This document shows, one piece after another, positions 9,287 through 17,255 of a stretch of 53,403 nucleotides of DNA. Position numbers and translations under genes: made by a program. Each line of letters opens with the position of its first letter. The first letter of the stretch is position 1. The DNA is from a virus. Taxonomy: Duplodnaviria > Caudoviricetes. Where the stretch lies: IMG/VR virus record IMGVR_UViG_3300025432_000001, positions 1 through 53,403 of that record; one strand, given 5' to 3'. A model generated the notes under the pieces. It did no database searches and was not told the origin of the DNA. It was given only the letters and a program-made list of their open reading frames with translations.

Positions 9287-9477
9287 CGCCGCGCCGTCAT
9301 CCTGTGCGCCAGCGCTACGCGTGCGAGCTGCGCTCGCTGCGCGATCGCGCGCGCGTCTTCCAGCGCCGATCGGCCGACAAACGCGACTTCGCGCTTGAGC
9401 GTTTCGACGTCGCCGCGGAATGCGGCGCCGGCGGCGATGACGATCGCCTGTTTGCGCTCGGCGCAGCCGCAGCCCAT
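9283..9477 (-). CDS. Hypothetical protein (MGCGCAER...)
   Basis: 64-aa ORF translationally coupled on both sides. Confidence 0.6.
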   Translation of the reverse strand: MGCGCAERKQAIVIAAGAAFRGDVETLKREVAFVGRSALEDARAIAQRAQLARVALAHRMTARR

Positions 9478-9719
9478 CAGGCAATTCCTTTAGAGAAGGC
9501 CGATTGGGTGTCGATAGAGAAGGCCCATGGGTGTTGATGGCACGGATCGATGATGGTGTGCGTGTAGTCAGGATCGGTAATGCCCAATTCAGCTCTCGCT
9601 TTCGCGTGAGTCATCCATTCGGTTTCCGGCGAGGCTGGAAGGCGAGCAATGGCAGCCGCTGCAACAAGTGCGGCAGCCCCGGGCAATAGTGATTGTATGA
9701 ATTTTCGGCGCGCGATCAT
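9477..9719 (-). CDS. Small protein with twin-arginine-like N-terminus
   Basis: GGAGGAG RBS; MIARRKFIQSLL followed by a hydrophobic stretch. Confidence 0.55.
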   Translation of the reverse strand: MIARRKFIQSLLPGAAALVAAAAIARLPASPETEWMTHAKARAELGITDPDYTHTIIDPCHQHPWAFSIDTQSAFSKGIA

Positions 9720-9857
9720 CAGCTCCTCCTTTTCGTGGAGGGTATATAGCACGATTTCAGCGCGGCGAAATCAGCAGTTCGTGAATCTTTTTCACGCCTT
9801 TTTGGATGCTGCGCCGCGCCGCACGATAGGTCGCCGATGGCCGCGGTTGTTTGCTGC

Positions 9858-10916
9858 TCATAGAAAATCCTTCCCGGCGTGATCCTTGAACAGCCCGGCG
9901 CGACGGTCGTAGGCGCGCAGCGTGTCGACGTCGCGATGCCGCGTGACACGCATCACCGAGAAGAAGTCGGCGCCGCGCTCGAGCGCCGAGGTAACAAACC
10001 CCGCGCGCATCGAATGTCCGGAATAGATTGCATCATCAAATCCGGCGGCCGCCGCGTAATGCTTGACGATGGTCGCCACCGAGCGGTCGGTGAGCCGGCC
10101 ACCGATTCGATTGCCTTTGTCGATTGAGCGGAAAACCGGGCCCTCGGCGATCGCTGCGGCCTCGAGCCATTCCTTCAGCGCCGCGACGGGCTTAAGCTTC
10201 TTGCCGTTCGGTATGGCGATCTGGGCGCCGGCGCCTTCTTGGTCGGTCTTCGAGACGCGCACGTGCACGATGACGCCGCGCTCGACGAATTCGAGATCGG
10301 CGACGTCGAGCGCGACCAGCTCGCTTCGACGCAACGCGGCTGCGAAACCGAGCAACAGCAGCGCCCGATCGCGGAGAGCGCGAAGGTCCGGCGCCGGTTG
10401 ATCAGCTGATGATGATTCCGAAATCAGTGATTTAGGAATACGAGATCGCCGCGGCGCAAGCATCCGCGAAAGGCTCTGCGCCGTCGCCGGCGCCTTGCGC
10501 GTCACGGCGACACCGATCTTGCGGCGGATGCCCGAGAGCACCGCGCGGACCGTCTCAGCATCGCTGGGCGGGACTAAGCCTTTGAGTTTGTGAGCATACG
10601 CTACCGCAGCCAGGCGCCGCCTGATCGTCGAGACTTTTTTCCCGGCGTCGGCAAGCTGCGCGAGGTAAGTAGCGAGAGTCGTCGGCGCCGCTGGCAGCGG
10701 ACATAGGCCAACGCCGTCGCACCATCGGGCGAAATCCGCCCAATCAGCACGATAAGCGCGTCGCGTGGCCTCAGATTTGGAAGCTGCGGCATAATCGCTC
10801 GCCGATTGCAGCGCGTCGGTTAGCGCCGGATTGGTTGATCGCCGAGCCAGTACGTCCGTGGTCTCGGCGACCAGGACCGGCCGATCGGTGACGACCGGCA
10901 GATCCGTAGGGGTCAT
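9858..10916 (-). CDS. Cre-like tyrosine recombinase (SAM-like N-domain plus catalytic domain)
   Basis: TRRAYRADWADF, RDRALLLLGFAAALRRSEL, SKTDQEG, SGHSMRAGFVT and TRHRDVDTLRAY supply the full R-K-H-R-H-Y set. Confidence 0.93.
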   Translation of the reverse strand: MTPTDLPVVTDRPVLVAETTDVLARRSTNPALTDALQSASDYAAASKSEATRRAYRADWADFARWCDGVGLCPLPAAPTTLATYLAQLADAGKKVSTIRRRLAAVAYAHKLKGLVPPSDAETVRAVLSGIRRKIGVAVTRKAPATAQSLSRMLAPRRSRIPKSLISESSSADQPAPDLRALRDRALLLLGFAAALRRSELVALDVADLEFVERGVIVHVRVSKTDQEGAGAQIAIPNGKKLKPVAALKEWLEAAAIAEGPVFRSIDKGNRIGGRLTDRSVATIVKHYAAAAGFDDAIYSGHSMRAGFVTSALERGADFFSVMRVTRHRDVDTLRAYDRRAGLFKDHAGKDFL

Positions 10917-11002
10917 GGGGCCAGCCCCCATTCAGCTTGGGGTTAACCCCAAATTCGAATTGGGTTCACAACAGATCCGTTGTGTCGCCGTAGCCGCGGC
11001 TG

Positions 11003-11044
11003 ACTTCATTTTTTCAGTCAATATATTGACGGAGAAAATGAAGT
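11003..11044. repeat. 42-bp loopless AT-rich palindrome (19/21 pairs match)
   Basis: ACTTCATTTTTTCAGTCAATA|TATTGACGGAGAAAATGAAGT. Confidence 0.92.
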
Positions 11045-11052
11045 AGGACGAT

Positions 11053-11250
11053 CTAGTCCGCGTGCTCGTGCAGGACGAGGACGCCTGTGTTGATGCAAAG
11101 CGTTTCCTTCGCACCATCAGGGCGGCGCCCTTCGAGGCTCTCGACGCTCACATTGCAATAGTCTGCCGTGCCTTCGCTCAGTTGGGTAATGCGGCCCGGC
11201 AGCAGGACAACGTCGCCAACCTTCAAGGGCGTTCCGTTTCGATCGTGCAT
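11053..11250 (-). CDS. Small hypothetical protein (SH3/KOW-like)
   Basis: GGAGAG RBS; HDRNGTPLKVGDVV start is typical of small beta-barrel phage proteins. Confidence 0.7.
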   Translation of the reverse strand: MHDRNGTPLKVGDVVLLPGRITQLSEGTADYCNVSVESLEGRRPDGAKETLCINTGVLVLHEHAD

Positions 11251-11320
11251 TTCGGTCTCTCCGTTGTGTCGCCGTAGCCGAGGGCTGCAAGCTGAACGCG
11301 CCGCTCAATTGAACCATCGA

Positions 11321-11653
11321 TTAGACGCCGCCATATTCGCCTTCGGCGTAGGGCCAATCGGGCAACGGCACTGTCTTACCGGCAAGCGCGTGCGGGCTGT
11401 CAGTGCAGAATTCGATGTTCCCGCCGCGGACGAAATGATGGCAGAGTGTTTTACCATTGGACGAGACGCGGATGCTCGGCGAGAAGGTCGGCGCGTCCAC
11501 ATTGCCGTCCCATGTCCACGTCGCGCCGCCGCCTTCGATGTAGATCACGGTGCAGTCGTCGCAGCCGGGGCACCAATAGGCCAACGCCCGATAGGCAGCG
11601 CCGGCCTCGGTCTTGCCCTCGATGCTGCGAAGCTTCGCGCTCAAGCGGGCCAT
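11321..11653 (-). CDS. DUF6527-like Cys/His protein
   Basis: WCPGC...WTWDGNVDAPTFSPSI...CHHFVRGGNIEFCTDSPHALAGKTVPLPDW pattern. Confidence 0.78.
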   Translation of the reverse strand: MARLSAKLRSIEGKTEAGAAYRALAYWCPGCDDCTVIYIEGGGATWTWDGNVDAPTFSPSIRVSSNGKTLCHHFVRGGNIEFCTDSPHALAGKTVPLPDWPYAEGEYGGV

Positions 11654-11687
11654 GAGCGTTGACTCCGCGATCAACAGAGACCGTTGA

Positions 11688-11720
11688 TTGCTTCCGGGAA
11701 GCGGCCGTTATCGGAAGCAA
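11688..11720. promoter_or_regulatory. lox-like inverted repeat (13-7-13), candidate site for the Cre-like recombinase
   Basis: TTGCTTCCGGGAA-GCGGCCG-TTATCGGAAGCAA; arms match 11/13. Confidence 0.55.
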
Positions 11721-11800
11721 AAAGACCGCATTTCCTCGGCCGCGATCGCGAAAATGCCCTGCAGCACGGCGAAGCAGGCGGTGACCCAGAGCACTATCAT
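11708..11800 (-). CDS. Small hydrophobic peptide (30 aa)
   Basis: MIVLWVTACFAVLQGIFAIAAEEMRSFCFR; ATG overlaps the stop of the upstream ORF. Confidence 0.35.
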   Translation of the reverse strand: MIVLWVTACFAVLQGIFAIAAEEMRSFCFR

Positions 11801-12096
11801 GTTTGTTTGTCCGCGAGCATCCGTCGCCGCTGGATCGGAATGATGCGGCCTTTGCTGCAGATCGCGGCGATTCCGCTGTCGCGCTGCGGCGATCTAAAAG
11901 ACGTCGGCGACGTCGATTGAAAGCCCATGCGCCTTTGCAGGCCGAGGACGAATTGATCGAGCGCGTCTTTTTGTTCGAGAAATAGCCCCGGCCGCTGATT
12001 GAGCGGCGGCGACAGAAAATGGATCATGTTGCGCAACTCGTCGAGCGCACGCTCGAGCTCGGACGCGGTGAGCGCTTTTGTGGCGACGCGCGTCAC
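11797..12096 (-). CDS. Hypothetical protein, first ORF after the putative late terminator
   Basis: GTG with a GGGGAG RBS; helical protein-like composition. Confidence 0.55.
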   Translation of the reverse strand: MTRVATKALTASELERALDELRNMIHFLSPPLNQRPGLFLEQKDALDQFVLGLQRRMGFQSTSPTSFRSPQRDSGIAAICSKGRIIPIQRRRMLADKQT

Positions 12097-12114
12097 ACGG
12101 GCCGGCTCCCCATC

Positions 12115-12158
12115 AAAAAACGCGAAACCCGCCGCGGCGCGTCGGCGCCGGGCGGGCT
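12115..12158 (-). terminator. Intrinsic terminator (tR'-like)
   Basis: GC-rich hairpin followed by a T6 tract on the minus strand. Confidence 0.7.
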
Positions 12159-12169
12159 CAGAACCTTTT

Positions 12170-12210
12170 TCAGGCCTCGCTACGTTGTCAAGCTTTTGCC
12201 CCCGAGTCAA
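12170..12210 (-). promoter_or_regulatory. Putative late promoter (pR'-like)
   Basis: TTGACT (12205-12210) and TTGACA (12186-12191) hexamers just upstream of the terminator; -10 element not clear. Confidence 0.45.
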
Positions 12211-13136
12211 ATCGTCCATGGCCGCTTTGAATCCTTTGCTCTTTTTGGCCGCCGGAGCGCGCGCGCACGCTGCGGCCGGAGCGGCAAAGGTCTTTGCCGG
12301 GCAACGGCATACGACCAAACAGCGCGTTTTTTCTGTTCCGCGAGCCAAGGAGCTGCCGGCGCCGCCGGTGGCAGTGCCTCGTGCTCCGTAAGGTTAAGCG
12401 TTTGCGTGAGACTGCCGAGCGCGCGATGCCAGAGGTGATAATCGGCGCGGCCGAGCACGATCTCCGCCGGCGATGGCGCCCAGCGCAGCGGGCAATAGCA
12501 GCCGGCGGAATAGAGATTTTTGCCGCGGCATTCGCCGACGATCATCGGTCCGCGCCGGCCGGGAATCTGATACGGCCGCGGCGTTCCACTTTTCCATTTC
12601 GGCCGCGTGCCCATGACTGCATGCGTGATGACGAGCGCAGTGACGTTGATGGTGGAGACGAAGAGCACGTCGCGCGGCCGCATCTGCGGCGGTGTCGCGT
12701 CCTTGTCGTAATAGCCGGCTTCGGCCGTGCGGCCCCGTACGCGCCCTCTCGGCCGCGGCATCACATCGTTGACGCTGACCAGCGCCCGCAGCTCGCCGAC
12801 GATGATGTCAAAATCCTGCTCGATCGAGATCTTGCCGAGCGCATTGACGGCTCGCTCGATTTCCTCGGCGTCGGGATGAGGCAGGCCGAATTGCGCGTAA
12901 CGTTGCGCACCGCCGCCGGCAAAGTTGCTTTCATCCGGATTGATGCCGCCGAGCGAGCCATATTGCGAAAGCCGATCCCAGATGCCTTCGGCCGCCGATG
13001 TCTGCCGCTTGCTGAGCTCGTCGAGGTAGGCCCAGCGGATGAGCTCCTCGATATCAACTTTTTTTCGCTGCGCACCGCCGGGCGCCCCCGCGTCTTTTTG
13101 TTTTCTGACGCGGTTGGCGCCGTCCGGCACGCTCAT
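12207..13136 (-). CDS. Conserved prophage protein in the late-regulator (Q-like) position
   Basis: DIEELIRWAYLDEL and HPDAEEIERAV motifs recalled from alphaproteobacterial prophages. Lies directly before the promoter/terminator pair; function inferred from position only. Confidence 0.6.
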   Translation of the reverse strand: MSVPDGANRVRKQKDAGAPGGAQRKKVDIEELIRWAYLDELSKRQTSAAEGIWDRLSQYGSLGGINPDESNFAGGGAQRYAQFGLPHPDAEEIERAVNALGKISIEQDFDIIVGELRALVSVNDVMPRPRGRVRGRTAEAGYYDKDATPPQMRPRDVLFVSTINVTALVITHAVMGTRPKWKSGTPRPYQIPGRRGPMIVGECRGKNLYSAGCYCPLRWAPSPAEIVLGRADYHLWHRALGSLTQTLNLTEHEALPPAAPAAPWLAEQKKRAVWSYAVARQRPLPLRPQRARALRRPKRAKDSKRPWTI

Positions 13137-13222
13137 TGACGCTCCCCGAATGCGAAGTGCCGGCGCGGGACGGAATTGGGAGGAGGCTTTTCGGAAGGAA
13201 CCTGCCCCGCGCCGGTATAGAA

Positions 13223-13396
13223 TTACGCCACGCGCGCCAGCCTCATGCTGTCGAACGTGTGACCTTGCAGCTTCTGCATGAGCCAATCGGCGGCGCGCGC
13301 GACGGCCTCGTCGAGGCCCGGCTTCGCTTTGAGATCGGCGATGATGGCGATGTACGCGCGCTGCTCGACGCGCGACAAGCCGAAAATGCACGGCAT
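13223..13396 (-). CDS. Hypothetical protein (57 aa, below the ORF-track cut-off)
   Basis: MPCIFGLSRVEQRAYIAIIADLKAKPGLDEAVARAADWLMQKLQG...; GC3-rich codons. Confidence 0.6.
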   Translation of the reverse strand: MPCIFGLSRVEQRAYIAIIADLKAKPGLDEAVARAADWLMQKLQGHTFDSMRLARVA

Positions 13397-13499
13397 GGCA
13401 GCGTCCCCAACGCTGCCTCCTCTCCGGGCGCCATGATGCCGAAATCTCCGCGCACTGTCAGGCGCCGGCGCGAATCGCGGTTAATGGATTTTCCCATCG

Positions 13500-13757
13500 C
13501 TATCGCAACGGCCGCCCGGGCCGACTGCGCTCAGACCACCTCTTCCTGTCGAGATAGCCCAGCGCGCGGCGCAGAAAAGGAAGTGCCTCGACATTCAGCA
13601 TCGCGTACCCCTCGTGATCGTCCGTGCAGATTACGAGCCATTTGTCGTCGCAGCTCACGCGGGCGACCGGACCATGATAGGGATATTCTTCGTTGGACAA
13701 ATCACTCGCGCCGACGAGCCAGTCGTTGCCGTCCGCCTTTAAAAATCCCCGTGTCAT
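13500..13757 (-). CDS. Hypothetical protein
   Basis: 85 aa; ATGA overlap with the upstream gene. Confidence 0.6.
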   Translation of the reverse strand: MTRGFLKADGNDWLVGASDLSNEEYPYHGPVARVSCDDKWLVICTDDHEGYAMLNVEALPFLRRALGYLDRKRWSERSRPGRPLR

Positions 13758-14146
13758 GCCACCACCGCTGGCGCCATGATCGCCTGGGTGATCGACAGTG
13801 CGGCGCCGGTGACGATCTCGTAGTGCTCGTAGCGGTCCGGCCGCGATGCCTTGGTGAGCCTCCCGGAAAAATTCTCCTTCGGCAGCTTGCGCACGCCACC
13901 GGCGATGGCGATCAGGAACCGCTTGGTCTGCTCGAAGACGATGCGGCGCGCCTCGAGCTCGGAACCGTTGAACGCGCGGATCTCGACGACGGCATCCTCA
14001 CCCACGTCGACCCGCGCCTGGTGAATACAATTGATCCAGCGTCCGGGCCCGACCGTCAGCTGCAGGGCCGGCGGCAGGCGAAAGCGGAAGGTGAGGTCGG
14101 CGGTGAAGCCGACCAGACGTTGCGCGCTGGAAATCGAGGCTTCCAT
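13754..14146 (-). CDS. Hypothetical protein
   Basis: Protein-like ORF in the early operon; start uncertain. Confidence 0.55.
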   Translation of the reverse strand: MEASISSAQRLVGFTADLTFRFRLPPALQLTVGPGRWINCIHQARVDVGEDAVVEIRAFNGSELEARRIVFEQTKRFLIAIAGGVRKLPKENFSGRLTKASRPDRYEHYEIVTGAALSITQAIMAPAVVA

Positions 14147-14181
14147 GCGCCGCAGAATCGGCGCCAATCCTGACGTTTTTA

Positions 14182-14379
14182 TTAAGACTTTCCGGAGGTT
14201 CCCGGCTCTGGCTCGCTCGATATGGCAACCGGCTCGACCTGTTCGATCTTGACCAGCACGGCCGACCAGCGCGGCCACCATTTGGCGAAGGTCACCTCGA
14301 CAAGTCCTTCCGCTGCAAAGACTTTATGGACGCGCCCATGCACGAGCACCTCGTCGCCCTCGCGAATCGCGGCCGCCAT
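14182..14379 (-). CDS. Small hypothetical protein (SH3/KOW-like)
   Basis: GAGG RBS; IREGDEVLVHGRV motif. Confidence 0.6.
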   Translation of the reverse strand: MAAAIREGDEVLVHGRVHKVFAAEGLVEVTFAKWWPRWSAVLVKIEQVEPVAISSEPEPGTSGKS

Positions 14380-14468
14380 CGGTTTCCCTCACCGGGCGCG
14401 ACGTTACCGCAGCCGCATTGGCAATGCTATGACAAATCCGTGGCTTAGCGCAGCGCCTTAACCCACCA

Positions 14469-14738
14469 TCATAGCCCCGCGTCGGAACCACCGATCTGCT
14501 CGGCGAATCGCCGGATCTCGCGTTCCAGCGCCTCGGCCGCGGTCGCGACATCGTTGAGCCGGGCGAAGAAGCGGCGGTAGGCCTCGGCCAGCGCCGGCTT
14601 GCCCTCGATCGCCGCTAAGAGCTCGCCGCTCCGCTCTAACGCTGCGGCGCCGCGCTCGCGCTCGGCTGCAATGCGTTCGCGCAGCGTCAGCTGCGAGGAC
14701 GGCTTCGCCTGCCGCGTCGCCCGGGAAAACTCAGCCAT
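14469..14738 (-). CDS. Hypothetical coiled-coil protein
   Basis: Overlaps the end of the replication gene; GAGGAGG RBS. Confidence 0.65.
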   Translation of the reverse strand: MAEFSRATRQAKPSSQLTLRERIAAERERGAAALERSGELLAAIEGKPALAEAYRRFFARLNDVATAAEALEREIRRFAEQIGGSDAGL

Positions 14739-15855
14739 GGCCTCCTCTTCGCTTGCGGCCGTCTTCTAGCCGCGTCAGCGCGACGGCGAGCTCGCCCGTG
14801 GGCTGTTCGGCCGCCTGGTCCGCACGCACCTTCGACGGATTCGGCGGCATCAGCGGCAGCTGTAGGCCGGCCACGCGGCTGATGTGGCGGCGGATCTGGT
14901 CGACGATGAGATTGTGGAAGCGCGCGGCCACATAATCGGCCTTGTCGGCCGCCGCGATGATCTCGGCGAGTGCCGCATGGTCGCCGGAAACGTCCCGCAG
15001 CCACCTCTCGAGTCGCGTATCCGCCAGCGTCGCGTTGACATCGAGCCGCTCGATGACGATGCGCTTGCCTTGTGTGCAAAGCCAAAACTCGGCTTTGATC
15101 TGTGGATCGATCGCGACTGCGCCGGCCTGTCCTTCGGACAGCCCTGGCGACTCGCTGCTCGCGGCGGCGGCAACGTTGTCCACAGAATTGCCGGTCTTAG
15201 AAACTGTCTGATCTGATCTGGTCGTGACTGTCACGGTGTCACAACGCGACAGCACCTCCTCGGTGGATAACTGCAGAATATCACGCAGCTCAGCGCGCCA
15301 ATCGTCGAGCCCCCAGCGCGCGCGCTCCTTCAGCGCGTAAAGTTTTGTCTCCCGCAAACGGCGCTCGACCTCGTCGATGAAGCCGAGCCGAGCTTGCCGC
15401 GCGATCTCGGTTAGCGCCTTCTTGAAAGCGCGCGATCGCGCCTGCCGTTGCGCCGACGTGGCATCCTCGGTGTCGGGGTTGCGGGCCCAGAAATCGACGA
15501 TGAAATCCTGGTCGATCCAGCCGATTTCCGGCGTTTCCAGCTCGGCGTAGATGCGCGCCAGGACGTCCTCGTTGGCCAGGCTCCAGTGCGCAGCGAGCGC
15601 CTCGATCGAGAAGCCCTCGACCGAGCCGCGCGGCGTATTCTGATTGGCAAAATCATCGAGGCGGTCGATGAAGGCCTCGACCACCGGCAGCATTGCACCG
15701 ACGCGGCGCGCCACCAGGCGGAGCCGCTTGTCGTCGGCGTGCATGTACGGGCCGGCGTTGAACTTCCGCCGCCAGCTGAACCGCCGCATCCGCAGTTTCT
15801 TTTCCGCCGCGGCCGCCACGTCGGCGAGCCGCTGCATGGTGCGGTTGATGTTCAT
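14731..15855 (-). CDS. Putative phage replication initiator / replisome organiser
   Basis: N-terminal DKRLRLVARR...RGSVEGF...WARNP..EDATSAQRQARSR pattern, then a CDTVTVTTRSDQT linker typical of initiator genes; position in the early operon. Confidence 0.65.
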   Translation of the reverse strand: MNINRTMQRLADVAAAAEKKLRMRRFSWRRKFNAGPYMHADDKRLRLVARRVGAMLPVVEAFIDRLDDFANQNTPRGSVEGFSIEALAAHWSLANEDVLARIYAELETPEIGWIDQDFIVDFWARNPDTEDATSAQRQARSRAFKKALTEIARQARLGFIDEVERRLRETKLYALKERARWGLDDWRAELRDILQLSTEEVLSRCDTVTVTTRSDQTVSKTGNSVDNVAAAASSESPGLSEGQAGAVAIDPQIKAEFWLCTQGKRIVIERLDVNATLADTRLERWLRDVSGDHAALAEIIAAADKADYVAARFHNLIVDQIRRHISRVAGLQLPLMPPNPSKVRADQAAEQPTGELAVALTRLEDGRKRRGGHG

Positions 15856-16009
15856 GGAGGCACTCCGACCGGCCACGGTCTTAGCCCTGCCGGTGGGCGG
15901 ACTGACGCAACGGCGAAACGCAACAGCGCCCTCGGCGCACGCCACAGAGGCTCATTCCCCAACGCAACAAGAAAACGCGACGAACAAAAATCGGTGCGGC
16001 GCGGCGCGC

Positions 16010-16603
16010 TCATGCGGCGTCTCGCACCGGCGCATTCAGCGTGACCACCGGATCGAACTTGCCGGCTTCGAGTCCCCAGGTGTCCCAGCCCGGCCGTGAT
16101 TGCCTCGAGAACAGCTCGACACGGAAGGCGTCCGGCATGCATCGCTCGCACAATTCGAAAGCCTCATCTGGCTTGCGCGAGTGCTCGCGTGCTATCCCAT
16201 CGAAACTCGACAGGAACGCCTTATGTTTGGGACTCCCGATGCTGCCGAGCAACACGGGCTCGCTCATTGAGCGGATGCGATAGCCGGTGCCCATGCGCGG
16301 CCTGCCGCGCCGCGTCACCTTCCGCCACTGCATCAAGCCGGTCCAGGTGAAGCCCCACTCGCTCATGACCCAAATCGCGTGGGGCACCATCGGCGAGATC
16401 GCCCACAGCCATAGCAGACAGTCGCCGCGGACGAGGTGGCCGACCGGCAGCGCGGCGATGTCGCGCAGCGACATTGCACCGTAGTGTTTGGCGTAGCTCT
16501 TGCTCTCGCCCTTTTCCGAGCGCAGCTCGTAGGGCCACGGCGGGTCGGCCATGATCAGCGTGTAGGAAAACTCCTTCAACGCGCCGAACGGCCAGTTGCT
16601 CAC
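16010..16603 (-). CDS. MT-A70 family adenine methyltransferase
   Basis: IMADPPW, LWLWA, MGTGYRIRSMSE, REHSRKPDE and ELFSRQSRPGWDTWG motifs. Confidence 0.93.
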   Translation of the reverse strand: MSNWPFGALKEFSYTLIMADPPWPYELRSEKGESKSYAKHYGAMSLRDIAALPVGHLVRGDCLLWLWAISPMVPHAIWVMSEWGFTWTGLMQWRKVTRRGRPRMGTGYRIRSMSEPVLLGSIGSPKHKAFLSSFDGIAREHSRKPDEAFELCERCMPDAFRVELFSRQSRPGWDTWGLEAGKFDPVVTLNAPVRDAA

Positions 16604-16863
16604 GCCGCCCTCCGCTGGCGCGCGCGCAGCGCCTCGAAATCGCGCCGCGCAACGGCGTTGAGCCAAAGGGCGAGCTCGTCGACCGACAGCTTGTGCGCGG
16701 CGATCGCTTCGGCTTGCGTGATCACGCCGCCGCGGATTGCCATGCATAGATGCAGTTTGCGGTTCGCCGTCCAGCGCCTGACCGGCGTCAGCACGAGGCG
16801 GCGCATCATCGCGCCGCGCAGCCGCCGGCGCTCCTCGCGCGATCGCGCGGCGGCGGTGCTCAT
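16600..16863 (-). CDS. sciP: SciP/DUF1153-like protein (CtrA-inhibitor homologue)
   Basis: RRWTANRKLHLCMAIRGGVITQAEAIAAHKLSVDELALW...ALRA aligns by eye with the DUF1153 consensus RRWV.RRKA.VV.AV.GG......A...Y.L..EEF..W. Confidence 0.75.
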   Translation of the reverse strand: MSTAAARSREERRRLRGAMMRRLVLTPVRRWTANRKLHLCMAIRGGVITQAEAIAAHKLSVDELALWLNAVARRDFEALRARQRRAA

Positions 16864-17255
16864 GCCACCTCTCTGCGCTTGCGCTGCTGCAGCGCCGTCA
16901 ACGCCGCGACGAGCTTGATGGCGCGGCCGGCGAGTGCCTGTGTGCGCTGCAGCGCCAAATTCAAGATCGCCAGCTTGTGCTCGATCAGCGCGGCATCCTG
17001 GTCGTGCTCCGCCAAGCCCGACTGGTCGAGGATGTCATTGAGCGCGCGGATCGCTTCGGCCCGTTGCGCCCTGATCGTCTCGAGCGGCAGCGTAAGTCCG
17101 ACCGCCCAATCGGGCGCGCTGGTCGCCGCCGCATCAACCAAGTCTGCCCCCCCCGGTTGTGAAGGTTCGCCCGTCTCGCTCTGCGCGAGTGGCGCCGACA
17201 AATCCGGCGGCCGTTCGTCGGCGGGCAGCGCGTAGCGGGCGTTCGGGCCGCTCAT
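16860..17255 (-). CDS. Hypothetical protein
   Basis: 131 aa with ATGA overlaps at both ends. Confidence 0.65.
   Translation of the reverse strand: MSGPNARYALPADERPPDLSAPLAQSETGEPSQPGGADLVDAAATSAPDWAVGLTLPLETIRAQRAEAIRALNDILDQSGLAEHDQDAALIEHKLAILNLALQRTQALAGRAIKLVAALTALQQRKRREVA

Larger units (their letters stand above)
10976..11280. repeat. 21-bp direct repeat TCCGTTGTGTCGCCGTAGCCG at 10976-10996 and 11260-11280
   Basis: Exact match read directly; flanks ORF 11053-11250. Confidence 0.93.

Noticed and set aside
11003-11044. Protelomerase (telRL) site implying a linear plasmid prophage
   Set aside because: No protelomerase or ParAB genes are recognisable, and the phage has int/xis/attP. Kept only as an unexplained palindrome.
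10976-11280. CRISPR mini-array
   Set aside because: Only two 21-bp repeats separated by 263 bp containing a gene; no cas genes.
12207-13391. 394-aa version of the late-regulator ORF
   Set aside because: The upstream extension overlaps a better 57-aa ORF (13223-13396). The ATG at 13136 has a GGGGAG RBS.
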